The notes under the pieces are model-generated. The model made no database searches. It saw only the letters and a program-made list of their open reading frames with translations, and had not been told where the DNA came from. This document shows positions 39,266 through 47,450 of a stretch of 64,000 bases of DNA, in pieces. Both the position numbers and the translations under genes were made by a program. Every line of letters begins with the position of its first letter. Position 1 is the stretch's first letter. The stretch comes from an uncultured Acidobacteriota bacterium (GTDB lineage Bacteria; Acidobacteriota; Thermoanaerobaculia; Gp7-AA8): positions 1,216,001 to 1,280,000 of the forward strand of contig CAWGHO010000002.1 of the NCBI GenBank assembly GCA_963822445.1, in the 5' to 3' direction.

Positions 39266-39973
39266 TCAGAGGAAACGGCGGAGATGTTCGCGCCACCACG
39301 GCCAGTCGTGTCCGAAGACGCCCGGCCAGGACTCGAAGTGGTTGCCCACCCCTTTCGACCAGAGCAGCGCCGAGAACTCGCCGTTCTCGCGAATCAGCGA
39401 GTCGTATTCGCCGGTGGCAATCACCCACTGCACGCGCGACAGCTTGCCCGCCCATTCTGCGTCCATGTTCGGGATGTACGACACCGGGCAGTGGAAGTAG
39501 CAGTTCTCGTCCCAGTAGCCGTCGGTGAAGGAATGGATGTCGTACACGCCGGAGAAGCAGATGGCGCGGCTGACGACGTCCGGGTAACGCGCGGCGAAGT
39601 TCGAAGCGTGATACGCGCCGAAGCTCGCGCCGTACACGACCAGATCGCCGCGCTGGGCGCGGTTGTAGATGTAGGGAACGAGCTCGTGGCGGAGGTACGA
39701 GTCGTACTGCGCGTGCCGAGCGGCGCGCACGGCGGGGTGAATGGTCTTGTTGTACCAGCTCTCTTCGTTGACGGTGTCGACGAGGATCAGCTGGATCTCG
39801 CCGGCGTCGACCTTGTCCGCGACGGAGCTGGCCAGGTGGAAGTCCTCGTTCTCGTAGTAGCGGCCGGCCGAGGTGGGGAAGAGGATGACCGGGCGGCCGA
39901 ACTTCCCGAACCACAGGAACTCCATGTCCTTGCCCAGCGATGGTGAATACCATCTAACATGTTCACGATACAT
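39266..39973 (-). CDS. Alpha/beta-hydrolase (putative esterase)
   Basis: WYSPSLGKDM, FPTSAG, GASFGAYHA nucleophile elbow, HDWPWW. Confidence 0.88.
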   Translation of the reverse strand: MYREHVRWYSPSLGKDMEFLWFGKFGRPVILFPTSAGRYYENEDFHLASSVADKVDAGEIQLILVDTVNEESWYNKTIHPAVRAARHAQYDSYLRHELVPYIYNRAQRGDLVVYGASFGAYHASNFAARYPDVVSRAICFSGVYDIHSFTDGYWDENCYFHCPVSYIPNMDAEWAGKLSRVQWVIATGEYDSLIRENGEFSALLWSKGVGNHFESWPGVFGHDWPWWREHLRRFL

Positions 39974-40048
39974 TTTCGTGCTCGATTTCCGTACACATTG
40001 CTGCGACGGGCGGCGATTCTATACGATGCCGCCCCTCACGGAGGCGGC

Positions 40049-41014
40049 ATGGCTAAAAAACGCATCGGCATCATCTTCGGCATGGAAGACACCTTCCCCT
40101 GGGCCCTGATCGACGCCATCAATCAGCGCGGGGGCACCGACGTCGAGGCCGGTCCCGCGGAGATCTCGTACCTCAAGGACGACGGCGTCTTCCCCTACGA
40201 TCTGCTCCTCGACCGCATCAGCCACGAGGTGCCGTTCTACCGGACCTACCTCAAGTGCGCCGCGGCCTCGGGCGTCCGCATCGTCAACAACCCCATCTGG
40301 TGGTCGGCCGACGACAAGTTCTTCGACAACCTCGTCGCCAAAGCCGCGGATGTCGCCGTTCCGAAGACGGTGCTGCTGCCGCACAAGCAGTACCCGCCCA
40401 ACACCGAGGCGAAGTCGTTCCGCAACATGAAGTGGGTGAACTGGGACGAGGTCTTCAACTACCTCGGCTGGCCGATCTTCATGAAACCAGCCTACGGCGG
40501 CGGCTGGAAGGACGTGTACAAGTGCGACAACCCCGAGGAGTTTTTCAGCGCGTATGACCAGACCCGCGACCTGACCATGATGGCCCAGGAAGCGATCGAG
40601 TTCGAGCTCTACTACCGCTGCTACGTCCTCGGCCGCAAGCGCGTGCGGATCATGGCCTACGATCCTAAGGCGCCGTTCCACGAGCGTTACGTGAAGAACC
40701 CGCCGCCGATGGAGCCCGCGTTCGAAGCGCGGATCGTTCGCGACGCTCTCGCCCTCTGCGATGGACTCGGCTACGACATGAACACGGTGGAGTTCGCGGT
40801 GCGCGATGGGATCCCGTACGCGATCGACTTCATGAACTGCGCGCCGGATGCGGACCTCAATTCCGTCGGCCGGGAGAACTTCGACTGGATGGTCGAGAAC
40901 ATGGCCGACACGCTGATCGAGATGGTGCGCGGCGAGAAGAAATTCGAGCTCACCGGCAACTGGCCCACGGTCATGGACGTCACGAAGGACGTCAGTAAGC
41001 CCGTCGCGTCGTAA
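40049..41014 (+). CDS. ATP-grasp (RimK-like) ligase
   Basis: DRISH, NNPIWWSADDKFF, VPKT, FMKPAYGGGWKDV, QEAI, EFAV...IDFMN. Confidence 0.88.
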   Translation: MAKKRIGIIFGMEDTFPWALIDAINQRGGTDVEAGPAEISYLKDDGVFPYDLLLDRISHEVPFYRTYLKCAAASGVRIVNNPIWWSADDKFFDNLVAKAADVAVPKTVLLPHKQYPPNTEAKSFRNMKWVNWDEVFNYLGWPIFMKPAYGGGWKDVYKCDNPEEFFSAYDQTRDLTMMAQEAIEFELYYRCYVLGRKRVRIMAYDPKAPFHERYVKNPPPMEPAFEARIVRDALALCDGLGYDMNTVEFAVRDGIPYAIDFMNCAPDADLNSVGRENFDWMVENMADTLIEMVRGEKKFELTGNWPTVMDVTKDVSKPVAS

Positions 41015-41023
41015 ACTGCGCGC

Positions 41024-42130
41024 ATGGCCCATCCAACCTTCACGCTCGGGATCGAAGAAGAGTTTCAGGTCGTCGATCCCGAGACGCGCGAGCTGAAGTC
41101 GCACATCCAGGAGATGTTCGCGGAGGGGGAGAAGCGGCTCAAGGACGAGATCAAGCGGGAGATGCACGACCCGGTGATCGAGGTCGGAACGCCCATCTGC
41201 ACCGACATCAAGCACGCGCGGCGCGAGATCACCAGACTGCGGAAGGACATCTGCACGCTCGTGCGCGAGAACGGATTGCGCATCGCCGCCGCGGGCACTC
41301 ATCCGATCTCGCACTGGGCCAGCGTGCCGATCACCTCGAACGAGCGGTACGACAAGATCGTGTACGAGCTGCAGATGCTCGCCCGTGCGAATCTGATCTT
41401 CGGTCTGCACGTGCACGTCGCGGTCGAAGACAACGAGACGCGCATCCAGATCATGAACGCGGCGCGCTACTTCCTGCCGCACGTGTTCGCGCTGTCGGTG
41501 AACTCGCCGTTCTGGTGCGCGCAGAACACGGGCTGGAAGAGCTACCGCTCGAAGGTGTTCGAGCGCTTCCCGCGCACCGGCCTGCCCGACTACTTCCGCG
41601 CCTGGGGCGACTACGAGGAGTACGTCGGCATCCTGGTGAAGACGAACTGCATCGACAACCCGAAGAAGATCTGGTGGGACGTCCGCCCGCATCCGTTCTT
41701 CCCGACGCTTGAGTACCGCATCTGCGACGTGCCGATGCGCGTGGACGAGACGATCTGCTTCGCCGCGCTCTTCCAGGCCATCACCGTGAAGCTCTACAAG
41801 CTCTACAAACAGAACATGGGCTGGCGTCTGTACCGGAAGTCGTGGCTGAACGAGAACAAGCAGCGCGCGGCGCGCTTCGGCGTCGGCGGGAAGCTGATCG
41901 ACTTCGGGAAACGCGCCGAGGTCCCGTTCGGCGAGCTGCTGGACGAGCTGCTGGAGTTCGTGGATGACGTCGTGGACGAGCTCGGCTCACGCGAGGAGGT
42001 CTACTACGCCCGCGAGATCCTCAAGAACGGCACCGGCGCCGACCGCCAACTGGCAGCGTACGCGCAAAGAAACGACCTCCGTGACGTCGTGGACTACATC
42101 GTTAAGGAGACTGAGCACGGGGTGATGTAG
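41024..42130 (+). CDS. ybdK: Carboxylate-amine ligase (glutamate--cysteine ligase GCS2, YbdK-like)
   Basis: FTLGIEEEFQVVD, GTHP, FGLHVHV, NSPFW, FPRTG, WWDVRPHP, EYRICD. Confidence 0.93.
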   Translation: MAHPTFTLGIEEEFQVVDPETRELKSHIQEMFAEGEKRLKDEIKREMHDPVIEVGTPICTDIKHARREITRLRKDICTLVRENGLRIAAAGTHPISHWASVPITSNERYDKIVYELQMLARANLIFGLHVHVAVEDNETRIQIMNAARYFLPHVFALSVNSPFWCAQNTGWKSYRSKVFERFPRTGLPDYFRAWGDYEEYVGILVKTNCIDNPKKIWWDVRPHPFFPTLEYRICDVPMRVDETICFAALFQAITVKLYKLYKQNMGWRLYRKSWLNENKQRAARFGVGGKLIDFGKRAEVPFGELLDELLEFVDDVVDELGSREEVYYAREILKNGTGADRQLAAYAQRNDLRDVVDYIVKETEHGVM

Positions 42131-42135
42131 AGGCG

Positions 42136-42172
42136 CCAAGGCTCAAAGTCGCAAAGGCTCAAAGTCTCAAAG
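42136..42172. repeat. Octamer tandem repeat (CAAAGTCK-like, about 4.5 units)
   Basis: caaggct caaagtcg caaaggct caaagtct caaag; same unit at 50193-50277. Confidence 0.8.
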
Positions 42173-42265
42173 CGAACCGCCGTCGACGGCAACCGCACCT
42201 TCAGTTTGCACCGTTTAAGAAAGCGGCTCACCATCAACAGGCGCTTGCGTGAACGCTAGGAACCA

Positions 42266-42487
42266 ATGACCGATTACCAAATCAACATCTTCCACGGCGA
42301 GGAGGATGGCGGTTATATCGCCGACATTCCTGATCTCGACGCTTGCTCTGCGTTCGGTGCAACTCCGGACCAGGCTCTCGCCGAGGTAGAACGCGACAAA
42401 TCGGCCTGGCTCGCAGCGGCGCGCGACGGCGGCAAGCCAATCCCGGAACCTCGATACAGGCCCGTTATTTACCAGGTCCGAAGCTGA
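42266..42487 (+). CDS. hicB: HicB-family antitoxin (short form), no adjacent HicA
   Basis: YQINIF.GEEDGGYIADIPDLDACSAFGATPDQALAE...W...ARDGGKPIPEP. Confidence 0.85.
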   Translation: MTDYQINIFHGEEDGGYIADIPDLDACSAFGATPDQALAEVERDKSAWLAAARDGGKPIPEPRYRPVIYQVRS

Positions 42488-43461
42488 TGCACAGTTCCCC
42501 CATCCCCGAATCCCACCCCTGCTTCGAGTACATCCGCCTCACGGACTCCGTGCCCGCCTCGCAACGCGACTGCATCGACATCGCGCTGCTGGACATGAAT
42601 CACTCCTGGCCGAATGTCGGGCACCACGCGCTGGTGCACGCGGTTCAGAAGACGGCCCAGGAGCTGCGCGAGGAGCTGGGGAAGATCAACGCGAAGGTTC
42701 GCGTGCTGTCGTACGACGTGCGCCGGCAGAACCTGATCCCGGAATCGCCGAACGGCCGCTTTCAGATTTACATCGGCACGGGCGGGCCGGGGCATCTCGA
42801 CCCGCGCCTGAACGACGGCATCAGCGAGACCAGTCAGGGCGTCGACGAAACGGATGCGTGGGAGAAGCCGCTGTTCCGCCTGTTCGACGACATCCTCGCC
42901 TCACGCACCGCGGCGATGCTCGCGATCTGCCACTCGTTCGGACTGGTATGCCGCTGGTCCGAGATCGCCCGCCCTGAGTTACGCCCCGAGAAGAGCTCGG
43001 GGATGCCGCTCAATCGCCTGTCACGCGAAGCACTGAATCATCCCTGGTTCGAGCAGTTCGCGCGCGAGCTTCCCGATCATCAGCATTTCCGCGTGGTGGA
43101 CAATCGTCTGTTCGATCTGATGCTGGAAAGCCCCGGCAAGAGCGCGCCGATCGCGTTCGAAGCCGCGGGCAGCACGGCGTTGACGATGGTGGAACTGGCC
43201 CGCGACCCGGAAGGCACGATGCCCCGGTTTCTCGGCGTGAATCATCATCCGGAGATCATCGACCGCGATCACATCATGCAGGTCCTCGACGCGAAACGCG
43301 CCCAGGGCGAGGTGAGCGATCAGTGGTACGAGGAACGCGCGGTGACGATGCGCGATCTGTTTCACGGGGAGCCGGAACGCCAGAGCCGCCTGACGTCGCA
43401 GTTCACGCTGCTGGCGCCTTTGCGCTTCCATCTCGAACGCGTGATTCGCGAGCGTTCCTAG
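42487..43461 (+). CDS. Class I glutamine amidotransferase-like protein
   Basis: IALLDMN, GTGGPG, AICHSFG (Cys nucleophile), GVNHHPE; TGATG coupling to hicB. Confidence 0.75.
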   Translation: MHSSPIPESHPCFEYIRLTDSVPASQRDCIDIALLDMNHSWPNVGHHALVHAVQKTAQELREELGKINAKVRVLSYDVRRQNLIPESPNGRFQIYIGTGGPGHLDPRLNDGISETSQGVDETDAWEKPLFRLFDDILASRTAAMLAICHSFGLVCRWSEIARPELRPEKSSGMPLNRLSREALNHPWFEQFARELPDHQHFRVVDNRLFDLMLESPGKSAPIAFEAAGSTALTMVELARDPEGTMPRFLGVNHHPEIIDRDHIMQVLDAKRAQGEVSDQWYEERAVTMRDLFHGEPERQSRLTSQFTLLAPLRFHLERVIRERS

Positions 43462-43602
43462 TTGCAACAGGGAACGACCGGGAGGCCTCCGGCGGGCCGG
43501 CACGGCCGGCAGCGCTGATGTTTGCGTAAACGCGATTCGCGCTAGATACCGTGAGCACGGCAGAAGGGACAACCAGCGCTGCCGGCCCGTGGCCGGCCCG
43601 CC
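43461..43602. repeat. Left part of the palindromic repeat interrupted by IS110
   Basis: Aligns with the reverse complement of 8652-8823 up to ...gccggcccgCC. Confidence 0.9.
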
Positions 43603-43611
43603 TATAGCTTG

Positions 43612-43860
43612 TCCGGCCGTCTCTCCGCTTCTCCCTCAGCCCTCAGAGAAGTACCCGTTGGGTGGCAATCGGGAGAATCGGGTTCAGGCGGCGCGATACT
43701 GAGAAGAAGGGTTCGTCCCGCTACGAATTCCGCCCGTGTTCGGATCGACGAATCCCTCCGGACTTTCGAGCGGGACGAAGTGCTTTGGCCCGAAACGCAT
43801 TCTCAGATGCTGTCGGAGCACGACTCGACTATAGGCCTTGCGCGCGGCCAAAGCCAACCC
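43612..43860 (+). ncRNA. Predicted IS110 bridge RNA (5' stem-loop, target-binding loop, donor-binding loop); ends approximate
   Basis: Stem ttcgtcccgct/agcgggacgaa (43712-43779) encloses ccgcccg and cctccgg, which match the target. Stem gctttggcc/ggccaaagc (43782-43854) encloses ctcagatg and ctatagg, which match the IS ends. Confidence 0.85.
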
Positions 43861-43874
43861 GAAGGGAGGGTGTG

Positions 43875-45119
43875 ATGAGCGAGTTCGAGTTTGGGGCGTT
43901 GGTGGGACTGGATTGGGGTGACACATCGCACGAGGTGGCTCTTTGGGACGAGCAGCAGCAGACGTGCACGAACGAGCGCATCGAGCACACGCCTGCGGCT
44001 CTGCGCGCATGGATCGAAGCGCTGCAGGCGCGCTTCGGCGGGGCACCGATCGCCGTGGCCATCGAGCAGTCCCGCGGCGCGGTCTTCGACGCGCTCAGCG
44101 GCTATCCGTTCGTCACGTTGTATCCGATCAACCCACGCAGTGCAGCCCGGTATCGTGAGGCGTTTCATCCGAGCCTTTCGAAAGACGATCCGACCGACGC
44201 GGCGTCCTTGCTCGACCTGCTCCGTAAGCACCGCAACGAGCTGCGCCCGTTCATCGCCGACGACGCTTCTACGCGGCTGCTGCGGCTTCTGACCGAGGAT
44301 CGGCGGGAGCTCGTCGATCAGAGGACGCAACACGTCCAACGCATGACCGATCGGCTCAAGACGTACTACCCGCAGGCGCTCCGGTGGGCCGGCGCGTTGA
44401 TTACGGCCCAGGCCTGTGACTTCCTCGAACGCTGGCCGACGCTCGAGGCCATCCAAAGGGCTCGGCCGTCCGCGATACGGAGGTTCTATGCGGGTCATCA
44501 TCACGCGGCCGCGTGGATCGACCAGAGGCTCGCCGAGATCCGTTCAGAGGTCGCGTTCCACGACGACCAGGTCACCACTGACGCTGCCGTGCTGCTGATC
44601 GGAAGCGAGGTTGCGCAGATCCGGGCCCTCAACACGAGCATCGCCACGTACGACCAGAAGATCTCGGCGGCGTTCGCCGCCCACCAGGACGCGTCGATCT
44701 TCGCGAGCTTCCCTGGCGCCGGCCAACAGCTCGCGCCGCGGCTCGCCGCCGCCTTCGGGACCGATCGCAAGCGCTTCGGCAGCGCCGTCAACGTCGCCAC
44801 CCGAAGCGGCATCGCCCCGGTTCTCCGCCGGAGCGGCAAAACGGCGGTCGTGCACATGCGCTGGGCCTGTCCGAAGTTCCTGCGTCAGACGTTCCATGAG
44901 TACGCCCGCGTGTCGATCGGTCAGTCCGAATGGGCTCGAGCCTTCTACAAGCAGCAACGCGCGCGCGGACACAGCCACCACGAGGCTATCCGCACGCTCG
45001 CTTACCGCTGGATCCGCGTCCTTTACGCCTGCTGGAACAATCGCACCGTCTACGACGAAGCTCTCTATCTGCGGCAGCTCGCCACCCGAGGCTCAACCCT
45101 CGCCACAGCTGCTCCCTGA
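43875..45119 (+). CDS. IS110-family DEDD transposase/recombinase (414 aa)
   Basis: GGAGG RBS; VGLDWG (D), AIEQS (E), SKDDPTDA (D,D); C-terminal FPGAG and SGIAPVLRRSG. Confidence 0.95.
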   Translation: MSEFEFGALVGLDWGDTSHEVALWDEQQQTCTNERIEHTPAALRAWIEALQARFGGAPIAVAIEQSRGAVFDALSGYPFVTLYPINPRSAARYREAFHPSLSKDDPTDAASLLDLLRKHRNELRPFIADDASTRLLRLLTEDRRELVDQRTQHVQRMTDRLKTYYPQALRWAGALITAQACDFLERWPTLEAIQRARPSAIRRFYAGHHHAAAWIDQRLAEIRSEVAFHDDQVTTDAAVLLIGSEVAQIRALNTSIATYDQKISAAFAAHQDASIFASFPGAGQQLAPRLAAAFGTDRKRFGSAVNVATRSGIAPVLRRSGKTAVVHMRWACPKFLRQTFHEYARVSIGQSEWARAFYKQQRARGHSHHEAIRTLAYRWIRVLYACWNNRTVYDEALYLRQLATRGSTLATAAP

Positions 45120-45120
45120 C

Positions 45121-45126
45121 TTGACA
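45121..45126 (+). promoter_or_regulatory. -35 hexamer of the predicted circle-junction promoter
   Basis: TTGACA lies 17 bp before the junction with TATAGC (43603-43608) in the excised circle. Confidence 0.8.
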
Positions 45127-45143
45127 GGAAGGCTCAGATGTCC

Positions 45144-45172
45144 GGAGGCCTCCCGTCGGTCCCTGTCGCAAC
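45144..45172. repeat. Right part of the interrupted palindromic repeat
   Basis: ggaggcctcccgtcggtccctgtcgcaac is the inverted partner of 43461-43490. Confidence 0.9.
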
Positions 45173-45209
45173 CAGGAACAATCAGCAACGACACGCGTCA
45201 ATTGGACAT

Positions 45210-46376
45210 ATGCGCAGATGGACACTGGCACTTCTCCTTCTCGTCGCTTGCGCCTCCGGCACGACCCAGCCGGCGACGACCACCGCTGACATCGTCGGAA
45301 CGCGTGTCCACATCCCTGTCTCCGTCAATGGCGCCGCGCCGGCGACGTTCATCCTCGATACCGGTGCGGTCAAATCGCCCGTCGATCCGAAGTACGCCGA
45401 AACGTTGGGCATCAAGTCGCGCGGGAGCGTGACGGCGCAGGGCGCCGGCGGATCGGTGAAAGTCGGTCTCGCTTCTGACCTGCGGATGTCCTTCGCCGGC
45501 CTCAACGCCAAGGTCGAAAAGAGCCCGATGACGCCTCTTGGTGCGATCAGCCTTCGCATCGGCCAGCCCGTCCATGGCGTTCTCGGCTACGACGTCATGC
45601 GCAAGTACGTCACCGAGATCGACTACGCGAACGAGCGCGTCACCTTCCATCCGCCGTCCTTCAGGCCGCCGGCCGAGGCCGTGCGTCTGCCGATCAGGTT
45701 CGATGGACATCTGCCGCTCGTCGACGCGCGCATCACCCTGCCCGATGGCCGCGAATTACATCCGCGGCTTCTCATCGATACCGGCGCGGGCAACGGGTTG
45801 ATCCTCACACGCGCTTACGTTGCGAAGTCGAAGATCGAGATCGAGCCGACCCTCGAGATCACCGGCGGTCTTGGGGTGGGGGGCGAGACCCGCACCCGCC
45901 TCGGGCGCATCGGCAGCCTTCAACTGGCCGGGTTCACGTTCGACAACCCGCTCGCTTCCATGTCGCGCGACACACGCGGCGTGCTCGCGAGCTCAGACTT
46001 CGATGGTCTGATCGGTGGTCCGATCCTGCGGCGATTCACGCTCTACGTCGACTACCCGCGCAAAGAATTCGCGTTCCTTCCCAATGCCGCGTTCCATACG
46101 CCGATCGAAGCCGACGGCAGCGGACTCGGACTCGCGTCGCGCGACCACAAGTTCGACACGGTGGTGATCCGCGAAGTGCTTTCGAACACGCCTGCGTCCG
46201 AGGCGGATCTGCGCGTGGGAGATGAGGTCGTTGCGGTCGATGGCAAAGCGGCCGTTCCGAAGGACCTCGACGAGATCCGCGAAGCATTCAGGGAGCACGG
46301 TCGGAGCTTCAGCCTCACCATCCGCCGCGACGGATCGCAATCGACGGTGACGCTCGTCACCCGCCGGCTCATCTGA
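45210..46376 (+). CDS. Retropepsin-like aspartyl protease (two domains) with C-terminal PDZ, probable lipoprotein
   Basis: LLLVAC lipobox-like; FILDTGA and LLIDTGA; GVLG and GLIG; PDZ-like TPASEADLRVGDEVVAVDG. Confidence 0.88.
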   Translation: MRRWTLALLLLVACASGTTQPATTTADIVGTRVHIPVSVNGAAPATFILDTGAVKSPVDPKYAETLGIKSRGSVTAQGAGGSVKVGLASDLRMSFAGLNAKVEKSPMTPLGAISLRIGQPVHGVLGYDVMRKYVTEIDYANERVTFHPPSFRPPAEAVRLPIRFDGHLPLVDARITLPDGRELHPRLLIDTGAGNGLILTRAYVAKSKIEIEPTLEITGGLGVGGETRTRLGRIGSLQLAGFTFDNPLASMSRDTRGVLASSDFDGLIGGPILRRFTLYVDYPRKEFAFLPNAAFHTPIEADGSGLGLASRDHKFDTVVIREVLSNTPASEADLRVGDEVVAVDGKAAVPKDLDEIREAFREHGRSFSLTIRRDGSQSTVTLVTRRLI

Positions 46377-46400
46377 CGGCGCGGATAGAATCCGCCGCGA

Positions 46401-47450
46401 ATGCCCTCTCGCGGCCTGAACATCGTCGCCATCGGCGGCGGCACCGGACTGTCGACGCTCCTGCGCGGCCTCAAGCGCTACGTCGACGCCGAGGACGGCG
46501 CGTGGAACATCGCCAACCTCGGCGCAATCGTCACCGTCACCGACGAAGGAGGCAGCTCGGGCGTTCTGCGCAACGAGTTCGCGATGCTGCCGCCGGGCGA
46601 CATCCGCAATTGCATCGTTGCGCTGGCCGAGGAAGAGCAGCTTCTCTCGAAGCTCTTCTCGTATCGCTTCGACACCGACTCCGCCCTCAAAGGCCACTCC
46701 CTCGGCAACATCCTGCTGACGGCGATGACCCACATCACCGGCAGCTTCGACAACGCCATTCTTGCGGCGGCGGAAGTTCTGGCGATCCGCGGGGAGATCT
46801 ATCCGTCGACGCTATCGGATGTTCGCATCCGCGCGACGCTCGAAGACGGGACGGAGCTCGTGGGCGAGGTGGCGATCAGCGGATCCCACATCGGCGAGCA
46901 GCCGCGGACGACCATCCGCCACTCGCGCATCACGAGGCTGGCCATCGAGCCGGCCGATGCGCGACCGACCGATCGCGCGCTGGAAGCGCTCGCGTCCGCG
47001 GACCTGATCATCATCGGCCCGGGATCGCTCTACACCTCGGTGCTGCCGAATCTCGTCATTCAGCCGCTTGCCGAAGCGTTACGCCAGGCGAAGGCGTTGC
47101 GCGTGTACATCTGCAACGTGATGACCCAGCCGAACGAGACCGACTATTACGCGGCCGAGGATCACCTGGAGGCGATCGTGGAGCACGCCGGGCTCGCGGT
47201 CGACGTCATGGTCATCAACGGGCGGCGGCCGTCGGACACGATCCTGCAGACCTACGCGGCGATGAACCAGCAACCGGTGCAGTTCGATCTCGAGAAAATC
47301 CGCGATCTCGGCGTCACCCCGTTCTTCGGCGACATCATTGCAGAGGGCGACTTCGTGCGGCACGACCCGACGGCGCTCGCGCAGACGGTGTTCCGGCTGT
47401 ACGACCGCTACGGGCGCGGGCTCGAGCGCATGAGGAGGAGTGAAGGGTGA
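46401..47450 (+). CDS. yvcK: YvcK/GlmR (UPF0052) UDP-GlcNAc-binding protein
   Basis: IVAIGGGTGLSTLLRGLK, VTVTDEGGSSG, PPGDIRN, GHSLGN, GPGSLYTS, NVMTQPNET. Confidence 0.93.
   Translation: MPSRGLNIVAIGGGTGLSTLLRGLKRYVDAEDGAWNIANLGAIVTVTDEGGSSGVLRNEFAMLPPGDIRNCIVALAEEEQLLSKLFSYRFDTDSALKGHSLGNILLTAMTHITGSFDNAILAAAEVLAIRGEIYPSTLSDVRIRATLEDGTELVGEVAISGSHIGEQPRTTIRHSRITRLAIEPADARPTDRALEALASADLIIIGPGSLYTSVLPNLVIQPLAEALRQAKALRVYICNVMTQPNETDYYAAEDHLEAIVEHAGLAVDVMVINGRRPSDTILQTYAAMNQQPVQFDLEKIRDLGVTPFFGDIIAEGDFVRHDPTALAQTVFRLYDRYGRGLERMRRSEG

Larger units (their letters stand above)
43601..45143 (+). mobile_element. Complete IS110-family insertion sequence (CC core at both ends)
   Basis: Ends defined by the interrupted repeat: ggcccg[CC]tatagctt ... 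ctcagatgt[CC]ggaggcc. Removing the element restores ggcccgCCggaggcc as in the intact copy. No long terminal IR or long target duplication; ~270-bp left and 24-bp right non-coding ends. Confidence 0.95.

Noticed and set aside
43662-43874. 71-aa N-terminal extension of the IS110 transposase in the ORF track
   Set aside because: The DEDD domain begins right after ATG 43875, which has a GGAGG RBS; the upstream sequence is better explained as structured RNA.
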